A stretch of DNA of 64,000 nt from Mobula hypostoma (GCF_963921235.1 NC_086108.1:82212001-82276000), one strand, 5' to 3'. Positions 37,455 to 49,078 are shown, numbered from the stretch's first letter. Program-made: numbers and translations. Notes: generated by a model not told the origin, from the sequence alone.

Positions 37455-40400
37455 AACTGAAGGAAGAGCTAGTAAGAGATTTGAAAGTGGGAGGAGGAGG
37501 GGGAGATCCAAAATGATAGGAGAAGACCGGAGGGGGAGGGATGGAGCCAAGAGCTGGACAGGTGATTGGCAAAAGGGATATGAGAGGATCATGGGACAGG
37601 AGGCCCAGGGAGAAGGAAAAGGGGTGGGGGGAACCCAGAAGATGGGCAAGGGGTATAGTCAGAGGGACAGAGGGAGAAAAAGGAGAGTGAGAGTAAGAAT
37701 GTGTATGTATAAATAACGGACGGGATATGAGGGGGAGGTGGGGCATTAGCAGAAGTTAGAGAAGTCAATGTTCATGCCATCAGGTCGGAGGCTACCCAGA
37801 CAGAATGTAAGGTGTTGTTCCTCCAACCTGAGTGTGGCTTCATCTTTACAGTAGAGGAGGCCGTGGATAGACATGTCAGAATGGGATTGGGATGTGGAAT
37901 TAAAATGTGTGGCCACTGGGAGATCCTGCTTTCTCTGGCGGACAGAGCGTAGGTGTTCAGCAGAACGATCTCCTAGTCTGCGTTGGGTCTCGCCAATATA
38001 TAGAAGGCCAATAGGGAGCACCGGACGCAGTATATCACCCCAGCCGACTCACAGGTGAAGTGTCGCCTCGCCTGGAAGGACTGTGGGGCCCTGAATGGTG
38101 GTAAGGGAGGAAGTGTAAGGGCATGTGTAGCACTTGTTCCGCTTACAAGTACCAGGAGGGAGATCAGTGGGGAGGGATGGGGGACAAATGGACAAGGGAG
38201 TCGCGTAGGGAGCGATCCTTGCGGAAAGCGGGGCGGGGGGAGGGAAAGATGTGCTTAGCGGTGGGATCCCGTTGGAGGTGGCAGAAGTTACAGGGAATAA
38301 TATGTTGGACCCGGAGGCTGGTGGGGTGGTAGGTGAGGACCAGGGGAACCCTATTCCTAGTGGGGTGGCGGGAGGATGGAGTGAGAGCAGATGTGCATGA
38401 AATGGGGGAGATGCGTTTGAGAGCAGAGTTGATGGTGGAGGAAGGGAAGCCCCTTTCTTTAAAAAAGGAGGACATCTCCCTCGTCCTGGAATGAAAAGCC
38501 TCATCCTGAGAGCAGATGCGGCGGAGACGGAGGAATTGCGAGAAGGGTATGGCATTTTTGCAAGAGACAGGGTGAGAAGAGGATTAGTCCAGATAGCTGT
38601 GAGAGTCAGTAGGCTTATAGTAGACATCAGTAGATAAACTGTCTCCAGAGACAGAGACAGAAAGATCTAGAAAGGGGAGGGAGATGTCGGAAATGGACCA
38701 GGTAAACTTGAGGGCAGGGTGAAAGTTGGAGGCAAAGTTAATAATGTCAACTGCTACCAACCTTATAGTTCCCACACCTCGCACTTCCCGTTTCTACCTC
38801 CTACCCAAGATTCACAAACCTGCCTGTCCTGGCAGACCTATTGTCTCAGCTTGCTCCTGCCCCACCGAACTCGTTTCTGCATACCTCGACACGGTTTTAT
38901 CCCCCCTTGTTCAATCCCTTCCTACCTATGTTCATGACACTTCTCACGCTCTTAAACTTCTCAATGATTTTAAGTTCCCTGGCCCCCACCGCTTTATTTT
39001 CACCATGGATGTCCAGTCCCTATATATTTGCATCCCCCCATCAGGAAGGTCTCAAAGCTCTCCACTTCTTTTTGGATTCCAGACCTAATCAGTTCCCCTC
39101 TACTACCACTCTGCTCCGTCTAGCGGAATTAGTCCTTACTCTTAATAATTTCTCCTTTGGCTCCTCCCACTTCCTCCAAACTAAAGGTGTAGCTATGGGC
39201 ACCCGCATGGGTCCGAGCTATGCCTGCCTTTTTGTTGGCTTTGTGGAACAATCTATGTTCCGTACCTATTCTGGTATCTGTCCCCCACTTTTCCTTCGCT
39301 ACATCGACGACTGCATTGGCACTGCTTCCTGCACACATGCTGAGCTCGTTGACTTTATTAACTTTGCCTCCAACTTTCACCCTGCCCTCAAGTTTACCTG
39401 GTCCATTTCCGACACCTCCCTCCCCCTTCTAGATCTTTCTGTCTCTATCTCTGGAGACAGCTTATCTTGTTATGTCTATTATAAGCCTACTGACACTCAC
39501 TGCTATCTGGACTATTCCTCTTCTCACCCTGTCTCTTGCGAAAATGCCATCCCCTTCTCGCAATTCCTCCATTTCCGCCGCATCTGCTCTCAGGATGAGG
39601 CTTTTCATTCCAGGACGAGGGAGATGTCCTCCTTTTTTTAAAGAAAGGGGCTTCCCTTCCTCCACCATCAACTCTGCTCTCAAACGCATCTCCCCCATTT
39701 CACGCACATCTGCTCTCACTCCATCCTCCCGCCACCCCACTAGGAATAGGGTTCCCCTGGTCCTCACCTACCACCTCACCAGCCCCCGGGTCCAACATTA
39801 TTATTCTCCGTAACTTCCGCCACCTCCAACGGGATCCCACCACTAAGCACATCTTTCCCTCCCCCCCACCCGCTTTCCGCAAGGATCGCTCCATACGTGA
39901 CTCCCTTGTCCATTCGTCCCCCCCATCCCTCCCCACTGATCTCCCTCCTGGCACTTATCCGTGTAAGCGGAACAAGTGCTACACATGCCCTTACACTTCC
40001 TCCCTTACCACCATTCAGGGCCCCAGACAGTCCTTCCAGGTGAGGCGACACTTCGCCTGTGAGTCGGCTGTGTCCAGTGCTCCCGATGTGGCCTTCTATA
40101 TATTGGCGAGATCCGATGCATACTGGGAGATCGTTTTGCTGAACACCTACGCTCTGTCCGCCAGAGAAAGCAGGATCTCCCAGTGGCCACATATTTTAAT
40201 TCCACATCCCGTTCCCATTCTGACATGTCTATCCACGGCCTCCTCTACTGTAAAGATGAAGCCACACTCAGGTTGGAGGAACAACACCTTGTATTCCGTC
40301 TGGGTAGCCTCCAACCTGATGGCATGAACATTGACTTCTCTAACTTCTGCTAATGCCCCACCTCCCCCTCATACCCCATCCGTTATTTATATACACACAT

Positions 40401-40638
40401 TCTTTCTCTCACTCCTTTTTCTCCCTCTGTCCCTCTCACTATACCCCTTGCCCATCCTCTGGGTCCCCCCCCCTTTCTTTCTCCCCGGACCTCCTGTCCC
40501 ATGATCCTCTCGTATCCCTTTTGCCTATCACCCGTCCAGCTCTTGGCTCTATCCCTCCTCCTCCTGTCTTCTCCTATCATTTTGGATCTTCCCCTCCCCC
40601 TCCAGCCTTCAAATCCCTTACTCACTCTTCCTTCAGTT

Positions 40639-40674
40639 AGTCCTGACGAAGGGTCTCGGCCTGAAACGTCGACT
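40639..40674 (+). ncRNA. Minimal type I hammerhead ribozyme (Penelope pLTR), intact core, sense to TTC4
   Basis: AGTC(40639)-CTGACGA(40643-49)-stem II-GAAA(40663-66)-C-GTC(40668-70)-GACT. Predicted cleavage is after 40670. Confidence 0.85.
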
Positions 40675-41059
40675 GCACCTCTTCCTACAGATGCTGCCTG
40701 ACCTGCTGTGTTCACCAGCAACTTTGATGTGTGTGGCCTATAACCTAGTTTTTTTTTACTAGTATTGTCTTGGTTATCTGCTAGGAGCTGCAAAAGCTTC
40801 TAAAACAGGTTTTGTGTTCTTTTTGTCCCTTCCCTTTAGTCTTTAAGTCCACAATGACTGCTTGGAAGCATTTTTACAGTTTCTTTTTCCACTCTAGTAA
40901 AAACAGGAATATTATTGAGAACTCCGTAAGCGGTGAACCAGAAGAGTGAACACAAATTCCACAATGGCACAGTACAGCTCCAAAAATCTGTAGTGCCCTG
41001 AAATATTGACTGGTAATTACTTATGTGGCAGTGTTTTATTCCACAGTTTGTTTTAGATT

Positions 41060-42130
41060 CAGAGAGTTATTCAGCACCGAAACAAGCTCTTTGGCCCAAG
41101 TCATCCACAGTGACCCCGGTCTATCAAAGCCAATCCCACTTGCCTGTGTTTGACCCATATGCTTCGAAACCTTTCATATCTGTGAACATGTTGAAATGAT
41201 TTTTAAGTTTTGTAACTGTACATGCCTCTGCCACCTCCTATGGAGGTTAATTCTACATTTGTATGTACCCACCACCCTTCTTTCAGTCAGGGCATTCAGT
41301 ATAGGAGTTGTAGTTTCATAATATGTTGGTGAAGCCACACTTAGAACATTGTGTACAGTTTTGGTTATACTGTTATAGGAAAGGTGTTACTAAACTAAAA
41401 AAGAGTGCAGCAAATATTTACCAGGATATTGCCTGGATTTTTGGGGAGGGAGGATTGTGTATAGACTGGGATTTTGTTCCCTAGAGTGGAGGAGATTGGG
41501 ATGTGATTTCATAGAGGAACGTAAGATCATGAGGTGCATAGACAAGATGAAAGCATGTAGTTTTTTTTTCCCCCCGGGGAGAAGGTGTTAAAAACAAGAA
41601 GGCATAGGTTTCAGATCAGACACAAGAGATTTAAAAGGGACTTCAGGGGCAGCTTTATCACACAATGGGTGGTGCTTATTTGGAATGGGCTGTCTGAAAT
41701 AGGGTTTGAGGCGGGCACCTTATTCAGATAGTTTTTAAATGCTGCTAAGTGTATAGATAGGAGAGATTTAGAGGGCTATAGGACAAACACAGGCAGATGG
41801 GATTAGCTCACTGGGCAACACAAACAGTAGGGATGAGTTGGACAGAAAGGCTTGTTTCCATGCTGTTTGTCTCTATAATTCAAATCCCTTAAAAATGTGT
41901 CCACTCTCACCTATGTCCTCTTACTTTAGACTCACCTACCCTGGGAAAATAATATGACTATCTACCCTCATAATTTATGTAAGTCTATACGGTCACTTCT
42001 CGGCTGCCTTTGCTCTAGGAAAGACAGTCCCAGTGTATCCAATCTCTCCTTGGAACTCAAGCCCTCCATTTCAGCAACCTCCCTTTTAATCTTCTCTGCA
42101 CCTGCTCTAGTTTAATCATATCCTCCTTAT
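41060..42130. mobile_element. Nested CR1 3' fragments (minus-strand copy split by a plus-strand copy at ~41285-41880)
   Basis: LVKPHLEHCVQFW on the + strand inside complementary CR1 tail pieces. Confidence 0.6.
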
Positions 42131-42482
42131 TTGTTTCTACAAAATGTTATAATTTAAAAAAAGTGAACAAGGCTTCAATCAGAAATATTTGGATAAAGTG
42201 GTGCCGCACAAAACCTACCAGGACTGTGCTGGCTGATTCTCATTCCTTCCCCTTTTCAATTGTCATTCATTGTTTCACCTGAACAATACTAAAAATTGCT
42301 TTTTGTTCGAGAACCATTTATTTTGGTGAATATCTGTGAGACTGCACGTTGATAATTAAAAGTAGTGCAACTTGTTTTGATTTCATAATGTTTCAAAATG
42401 ATTTTCTGATTGGTAATAATCTTTTACACAATGATTTTGTTATTTATTCTAAAGCCTTAAATTTTGATTCTTATTTTGACAG

Positions 42483-42607
42483 GAGTTCTTTGCTACACTG
42501 AACTTAAAAATTACAGTAGTGTAATAGCTTGGTGTGATGAAGGCCTCCAGCTTGAGCCAAAAGAAAAACAACTTATTGAACTGAGGGCCAAAGCTGATAA
42601 ACAGAAG
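42483..42607 (+). CDS. TTC4: TTC4 exon 5 (GVLCYTELKNYSSVIAWCDEGLQLEPKEKQLIELRAKADKQK)
   Basis: ttttgacag acceptor, AAG|gtatgt donor and the WCDEGL motif. Confidence 0.95.
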
Positions 42608-42708
42608 GTATGTGTTAGACATTGACTATAAGAAGTACTGTTATTAAGTGGTTCTGAATGCAGGAGATATCGTCAATTCAACATACTATCTCTGGTAACT
42701 AGAATGTA

Positions 42709-43214
42709 CACTCACTGGCCACTTTATTAGGTACTATACACCTGCTCATTAATGCAAACATCTAATCAGCCAATCATGTGGTAGCAAGTCAATACATAAA
42801 ACCATGCAAACATGGTCAAGGGGTTCAGTTGCTGTTTAGACCAAACATCAGAGTGGAGAAGAAATTGACTTTGACAGTGGAATGATTGTTGGTGCCAGAC
42901 AGGGTGGTTTGAGTATCTCAGAAACTGTTGATCTCCTGTGATTTTCACAGATAACAGTCTTTAAAGTTTATAGAGAATGGTGTGAAATCAAAAAAAAATC
43001 CAGTGAACAGCAGTTCTGTGGGCAGCAAATGCCTTGTTAATGAGAAAGGTCAGAGTAGAATGGCCAAACTGGTTGACAGTATGGCGACAGTAACTCAAGT
43101 ATCCACCTGTTACAATGGAGCAGTGCAAAATGGCATCTCTGAGAACACAACATGTTGATCCTTGAAGTGGATGGGCTAAAGCAGCAGAAGACCATCAATA
43201 TATACTCAGTGGCC
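42709..43214 (+). mobile_element. Tc1-derived non-autonomous element (5' end plus N-terminal HTH region)
   Basis: Starts TA|CACTCACTGGCCACTTTATTAGGTAC. Decayed frame FDSGMIVGARQGGLSISETVDLL.FSQITV..VYREWC...ERGQSRMA.LV (Tc1 paired-like domain). Confidence 0.8.
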
Positions 43215-43514
43215 TACTAAATGTATGTAGTTCTGCAGGGCAGCAATGACCTTGCTGACTTGGAACATGCTAGCTGATAACATTTGTGAAGTTCTTGCAT
43301 GACTTTATAATATCAGAGTGGTTTGTTCTGCAATACTTTGCTCAGCAGGAAACTCGTGCAGATTCTAAACATGCAAAAATCCTAAAAAAAAATTGTAGGT
43401 GCCGGTTGAATTTAAGCCACCATTTTTTAATTGATGTTAAACCCAAAGGTCAGATTATTTTCTGACTGATTATGCCATCTAGTGTTAAATTACTGATGCG
43501 ATTTATTTTGATAG

Positions 43515-43601
43515 CGTGTTGAAGAGCGTAATCTAAGGAAGGCAAAGTTGAAGGAGAAAAAGGAACGAGTGCAAGCAGAGGCTTTACTGAAAGCCATCCA
43601 G
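43515..43601 (+). CDS. TTC4: TTC4 exon 6 (RVEERNLRKAKLKEKKERVQAEALLKAIQ)
   Basis: ttgatag acceptor and CAG|gtagga donor, phase 0/0. Confidence 0.93.
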
Positions 43602-43767
43602 GTAGGAAACTTGGAAAAATGAATAGGCAATATGTTTAAAATTAAATGCAAGTTTCACATTGTACATGTCTTAAGTATCTGATCTTTTGATATACTTCCT
43701 GATAAATGATGTAATTATGCATTTCCATACTTTGCTTTGTTTTAATTGCCTTTTTAATGCCCTATAG

Positions 43768-44000
43768 GAAAGAAATATCAAATTATTTCAGCCTTCAGAG
43801 CTGTTAAGTCAAAACTCTGACGATGAAGGTGATGAAAAGGAGGGTGACAGCATATTAAGGACACTGCACAATGGAGTAAGTGCTGAGTGCGGCCAGGTAG
43901 TGCACCTGGATGAAAATGGCAGCTTACATTGGCCTGTACTGTTCCTATATCCAGAGTATGAACAAATGGATTTCATCTCAGCTTTTCACGAAGATGCCCG
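43768..44000 (+). CDS. TTC4: TTC4 exon 7 (ERNIKLF...LHWPVLFLYPEYEQMDFISAFHEDA)
   Basis: cctatag acceptor and CG|gtaagt donor. WPVLFLYPEY..DFI..F.E is the Cns1/TTC4 wheel-domain motif. Confidence 0.96.
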
Positions 44001-44324
44001 GTAAGTATTAAAGATAAGCTCCCTTTTCATTTTTAAGGAGTGATGCCATTAACCTTTTGAGAGTAGAGTTATCTGTTGTGATTTAAGTATGATAGTGGTG
44101 GTGGGGGTGTGGAATTAATTTGGTATGTAGTCACCCATTCACATTTTATAAGGACTGCACACTGACAACTCTTGTGTGAATGAGCAACACCTACTTGCAA
44201 ATTATTTTCCTCCTTATTGAGTATATTGTGTGCACACAGCTGTGTTAGTTCTTGTGTGTTGGGGCAATAGGGAGCCTTGTTTTCTTTTGTGGGAGCTCTC
44301 ACTTGGATCTCTTCTATAATCCTG

Positions 44325-46220
44325 CACTTCTGCCCTCATCCCATGCCCTCCCTCAGGCATAACAGGGATGGTGTTCCCCTAGTTTTTTTCCTGTCACCCC
44401 ACCAGTGTATGCATCCAATTTAACATTCTTTGCAACTTCAGCCTTCTCCAGCAGGATACCACCACCAAGCACAGCTTCCCCTCTTTGCTTTCTGCAGGGA
44501 TCACTCTGTGACTCCCTTGTCCAGTTGTTTCTCCCAAGGCACTCGTCCCTGTAGTTGTAGGAAGTGCCCTTATACTTCCTCCCTCGCCATTATCCAGGGT
44601 TTTAAATAGCCCTTCCAGGTGAGGCAGTTTCTTACGTGTGAATCCCCTCAGTCCATTTATATTAGGGAGACTGGATACAGATATGGGGAACCTCTTCATT
44701 GAGCACCTTTGCACCATCTGCTTTGCCAGCCATGCTCTGATGGCCAGCATTTTCATTCTACTTCCCACTCCCACAACTACGTGTGTGTCTGTGGCCATGG
44801 CCTTCTCCACTGCAAGCCAAGGCTAAATGCAAATTAAAGGAGCAGCGCCTCCTACCTTCTAGGTAATTTCCAACCTGCATGAACATTGTTATGTAACCGG
44901 CAACAATGAATATCAATCGAGACAGGTTAGATAAAAACAACCAAACATTTATTAAACACGTATAAACAATAAAGGAAAAAAAAAGGAAAACTTTAACCGG
45001 AGGTTAACAGGTACGCAGCTGTTCACCAACTCCACTCGGCTCTGGTTCTTAAAGCGTTAAATGCGAAAACAGTTCTTAAAGCGATACAGTCAGATATAGT
45101 TCTTAAAGCGATAACTTCGAAAATCCAACAGTTTTACACATTCAATTGGGAGAGACTTCTCTGGAGAAGGATTTCTTCACAGATGCACTTTTACCGCTGG
45201 TTCTGTCCACAGGATTCCCGATGCCGAAAATAAACAGTTTAAATCGACTGACCTTAAATTCCTTTAGAGAGAGAGAGCACCTTTTTGCATGAACTCATTG
45301 CCCTTTTGCAAGAGTTATCTCGATGCAGGTTCTCTCCAACGAAGACTCAATAAGGTCGATTCTTTATTAAACTGCCAAACGATGCCGACTTCTCTCAATC
45401 CTTCACTTCGATGAATTCTTCACTCTCCCTTCAAAACTGTCGGAATTGAGTAAATTGGCACTTCCAGCCACAAATTCCCAGTCCAATAATACAATAGCTT
45501 GTAAGAGAACACCTTCCTTTTTAAAAATGAAACTGCCTCACAAAAACAAACACGCAACAGAAACGGAGGCACAACACATTCTACCTGGAAATCTACAAAC
45601 TCAAAAACTAACTGCGTCACCTGGGTCGACCCTTATATAGTCACGGGGTACATGTCATCACGTGACCTCACATCGGCGGGAAAATCACATCAGGTGACTT
45701 CCAAAAGACCATTACATCATTCTCAAAAAAAAACCGGATCTCCTTGAGCATTTAACAACATCCAATTCTCAAATTTCTGTTAACTGCTGCCTTTTGCTTT
45801 TCTTTCTCCCAATCCACCTGACTCGTCAATGTCTTTCCACTCCCTCCGCCCATCCCACCACTCACTCCTCTCGTTGGTTCCCCCTCCCCACCTCTATCCC
45901 TTTGTTCCACGCTCAACTGCCCTCTCTTGTCAGATTCCATCTTTATTCACTTGTCATCTCCTAGCTTGACACCATTCCCACTCTCCTCACTCCCTAATCT
46001 GCCTTTCCCTACCTCCCCCAACCCCACCCCCAGACCCGGATCCACCTATCACCTGAGTTTTTGCTGCACCTTTTTATACTAGCTGTCTTTGCTCTTTCTT
46101 TCCAGTCCAGTTGGAGTGTCTTAACCCAAAGCATTGACTGTCCATCCCCTTCCACAGATGATACCAGCCCCTTTGTGCATTGCTGCAGATGTCCAGCATA
46201 TGTGGTATTTCCTGTGTCGT
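44325..46220 (+). mobile_element. Old degenerate Penelope-like fragment interrupted by a solo LTR
   Basis: Decayed VPLV..HPTS, YIRETG..GNLFIEHL and LQP.MNI|.FSNFC* segments; the last is split at 44886/45758. A degenerate pLTR tail extends to ~46220. Confidence 0.7.
44887..45757 (-). mobile_element. Solo LTR (871 bp)
   Basis: TGTTA...TAACA termini and a 4-bp TSD ACAT (44883-86 and 45758-61). Minus-strand TATATAA at 45633-45639 and AATAAA at 44948-44953. Confidence 0.85.
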
Positions 46221-46457
46221 AACATCAATTTATCTTGGTTATTGTCTCTATTGGAATGACTTGAGTTGTGTTGCTACATTAGAAGTAGTATATCCCTGGC
46301 AGTTGTTGACAACCATTAAGTATTTTTGAAATAATGTGAACTGAGACCACAAGAGATGGATCAACAGTGAATACTGAGTGATCATGTCATTTGGCACCCT
46401 TCACACAATTATCTTTTTGTGAAGTTTGAGGGTGAATTTTTATGCCTTAATGTATTA

Positions 46458-47266
46458 CAGGTGCACATTCCTTTATCCAAAAAGCTCGGAAAACCTAAGT
46501 TTTTCTCTCCAACAGCTGACGTCACTCAGGTGTGACGTGGCGGCACTAGCAGAGGCCGCCAGACGTCAGTTGTGGCTCAGCGCTCGTACTGGTTACACGT
46601 GCATTTGCTGTTCGCTGACATTTTGTGTTCACTGTTGACTTCGTGTTTAATTTCACTGTGAAAATGTCAAAAAAAGCTGCAGATACCCCTATGGGTAACA
46701 ATGAGAAAAAGAGAAGGAATCTTCTCTATCAGTAATGCAGAAAGTGGAGTTATTGCAGAAGCTTGATCGTGGTGTGTCTGTGCGGCATCTTACTGAAGAA
46801 AATAGTGTCGGAACTACCACTGTATATGATTTAAATAAACAGAAAGACAAGTTACTGAAGCTTGATAGTGACGTTCTACATTTATTCCAATAAGTCATTT
46901 ACCATGTGTTTGATTCGGTTTGTTTGAAGCTGTATATTTTTATGTTTTATTGAATGTTTTTNNNNNNNNNNNNNNNNNNNNNNNNNNNNNNNNNNNNNNN
47001 NNNNNNNNNNNNNNNNNNNNNNNNNNNNNNNNNNNNNNNNNNNNNNNNNNNNNNNNNNNNNNNNNNNNNNNNNNNNNNNNNNNNNNNNNNNNNNNNNNNN
47101 NNNNNNNNNNGGTCTTTAGAGTCCACCGCACTGAGACAGGTTAAATAAGGGACTTGAGCATACGTGATTTTTGGTATCGGGCGTGGGGTGGTCTGAAATC
47201 CAAAAAAATTCTGAATTCCGAAATGCAACTGGCCCCAAGGATTTCGGATAAGGGATTGTGGACCTG
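46458..47266 (+). mobile_element. pogo/Tigger-family non-autonomous element (spans the assembly gap)
   Basis: TA|CAGGTGCACATTCCTTTATCC ... GGATAAGGGATTGTGGACCTG|TA TIRs. HTH-psq remnant MQKVELLQKLDRGVSVRHLTEENSVGTTTVYDLNKQKDKL. Confidence 0.88.
46962..47110. other. Assembly gap (149 N)
   Basis: Run of N. Confidence 1.
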
Positions 47267-47292
47267 TATTAACATTAGTTATTCCTTTTCAG

Positions 47293-47377
47293 GTTTATTG
47301 ATCATTTATCGGTAATGTTTGGTGAGAACTTGCCGCCTTGGGATACTGAAAAAAAATATGAGCCAAATAATTTGGAG
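47293..47377 (+). CDS. TTC4: TTC4 exon 8 (FIDHLSVMFGENLPPWDTEKKYEPNNLE)
   Basis: cttttcag acceptor and GAG|gtatga donor. Confidence 0.95.
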
Positions 47378-48402
47378 GTATGACTTAAATAGTGTTTAGT
47401 AATTTGTCCAGATGAGAGAGTAGTACTGGATCTAATTGGAGTAGGACTGTATAAAATTGCCAGTCTGGACTTTTGACTTTCTTGCACTAGGTGGCTTGCA
47501 ATCAATTTATCTTTGCTTTTAATTGCTGAATTAGAAAGGAAAACTTTTACTTCTGATTAAACTGTAATCCACTTCATCAGCAAATTTTAATAACAGGAAT
47601 TCTAGACCCCTACAGAGCTCCCACTGTTGCCATATTATGTTTGAAGCAGGAAATGTCTTAAAACAGGCAGTGTGGGATAGAAAGTAAAGAAAAATTCAAG
47701 TTGAAGGGGCAAAAATGATTTGCATATCTGTAAATGTAGCCTCAGAACATGCATTTAGTAAAGAACTGCAAGTCTAAAATATGTTTTAACACTGGCTCTC
47801 ATAATCCTTGCTGCCAAGGAAACCACTGTACCATGTGAGCTTGTAGATACATACATGCTGCTTGGCTAAAATCACATAATATTTGTCTGTCTTTGAAATG
47901 AATTGGTACATAAGGCAGGCATGTCTTCAGCAAAATATGAGGTAGATGGTATCATTCTCATATACAATTATTTTGGAGTGAAATAATGTAAAAGATTCAT
48001 ATCCTTTGCTACTTGGCAGAACTAAAGGACAAAACTTGTAATATATTTTTAATGAAACAGTTTTATTTCAATTTTTGGAGGCTAACCACATTCTGAAAAA
48101 GGTAGCACACAATAGTCTTTGTACTTCGGGATCTTGGGATGGTCTTTGAGTCAATAATGATCCATTTTGGTAATACATGTTTACACATAAATGAGTTCAA
48201 ATTCTGTCACAAGTTCCAGAGAACCAAGACTGCAGGGCATGCATGAGCTTGTAGTGACCTGTAAGCTGTAGAAAGGAATGCTTGATTGTAAGTTCTGTAA
48301 CCTAATTCCTTACAGTGCTGTAAAATCAAGGAAGGGATAATATTAATGTATAATTGAAGTTATGTTATTAATTTAATGTGCTTGGAATATTTGTGGCTAT
48401 AG

Positions 48403-48485
48403 CTGTATTTTGAAGATGAGCAGTCTGGAGATCTTTTCTTGGTGGACCCAGTGTGCACCCTGCGCCAGGTGTTAAGTCATCCCAG
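48403..48485 (+). CDS. TTC4: TTC4 exon 9 (LYFEDEQSGDLFLVDPVCTLRQVLSHP)
   Basis: gctatag acceptor and AG|gtgagt donor. Confidence 0.94.
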
Positions 48486-48981
48486 GTGAGTAGAACGATG
48501 ATCTTCCAACCACATATACTGCTTTGCTGACACTTTTGCCTTAAATAGTTATGTTGTATGAAATAGTTTTTACCGGCTTTAAAGCATTTGAATATTCTGT
48601 GAAATGTGTATTTCAAATCTGAAAGAGCTAGGGAGTAGTGTAATGGATTAGATCATTGTCTGTTGGACTTAGGCCCCTTTGAATTTTGATTTAAAACTTC
48701 AAACATTATTGCCAAAAGGGCTTATTCAAGCTAAGTTCATGGTAGGAAACTGGGGCTGAGAGAGATAATAAATCAGCCACAATTGAATGGTAGAGCAGAC
48801 TTGATGGGCCAAAAATGGCCCAATCCTACTTTTGTGTCTCACGTATAAAGAAAGTTCACCAGGCATCTTGGCTCTTAAATTCGACAGATGTAAATATCTA
48901 TTGAGACTTACTGTATTTAAAATGTTGGTAAAGATGGTGGTTTTGGCATTAATCCATACTTCTCACTATCGTTGTCTCTAG

Positions 48982-49078
48982 ATATGTTGTGAAGGCTGGC
49001 AATCCACAAATTATCATTCTGGCTCGAGGTTCATCGTTCTGTGAAGACTTTCTATCAGGGAAAAATCTTCAAAATTAA
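48982..49078 (+). CDS. TTC4: TTC4 exon 10, terminal (YVVKAGNPQIIILARGSSFCEDFLSGKNLQN*)
   Basis: ctctag acceptor and TAA at 49076-78. The ten exons sum to 1176 nt, i.e. 391 aa plus stop. AATAAA at 49135-49140. Confidence 0.93.

Larger units (their letters stand above)
37323..40733. mobile_element. Penelope-like element (RT + GIY-YIG) inserted as an inverted-repeat structure
   Basis: 14-bp TSD TGGCCTATAACCTA (37309-37322 and 40734-40747). The + copy 38752-40733 has LPKIHKP..GRPIVS, GVAMGTRMGPSYA, FLRYIDD and GIY-YIG remnants. The - copy 37323-38751 has YIGETQRRLGDR..EH. Both copies are frameshifted. Confidence 0.95.

Noticed and set aside
46920-47228. ORFs containing poly-X
   Set aside because: Artefacts of the N gap.
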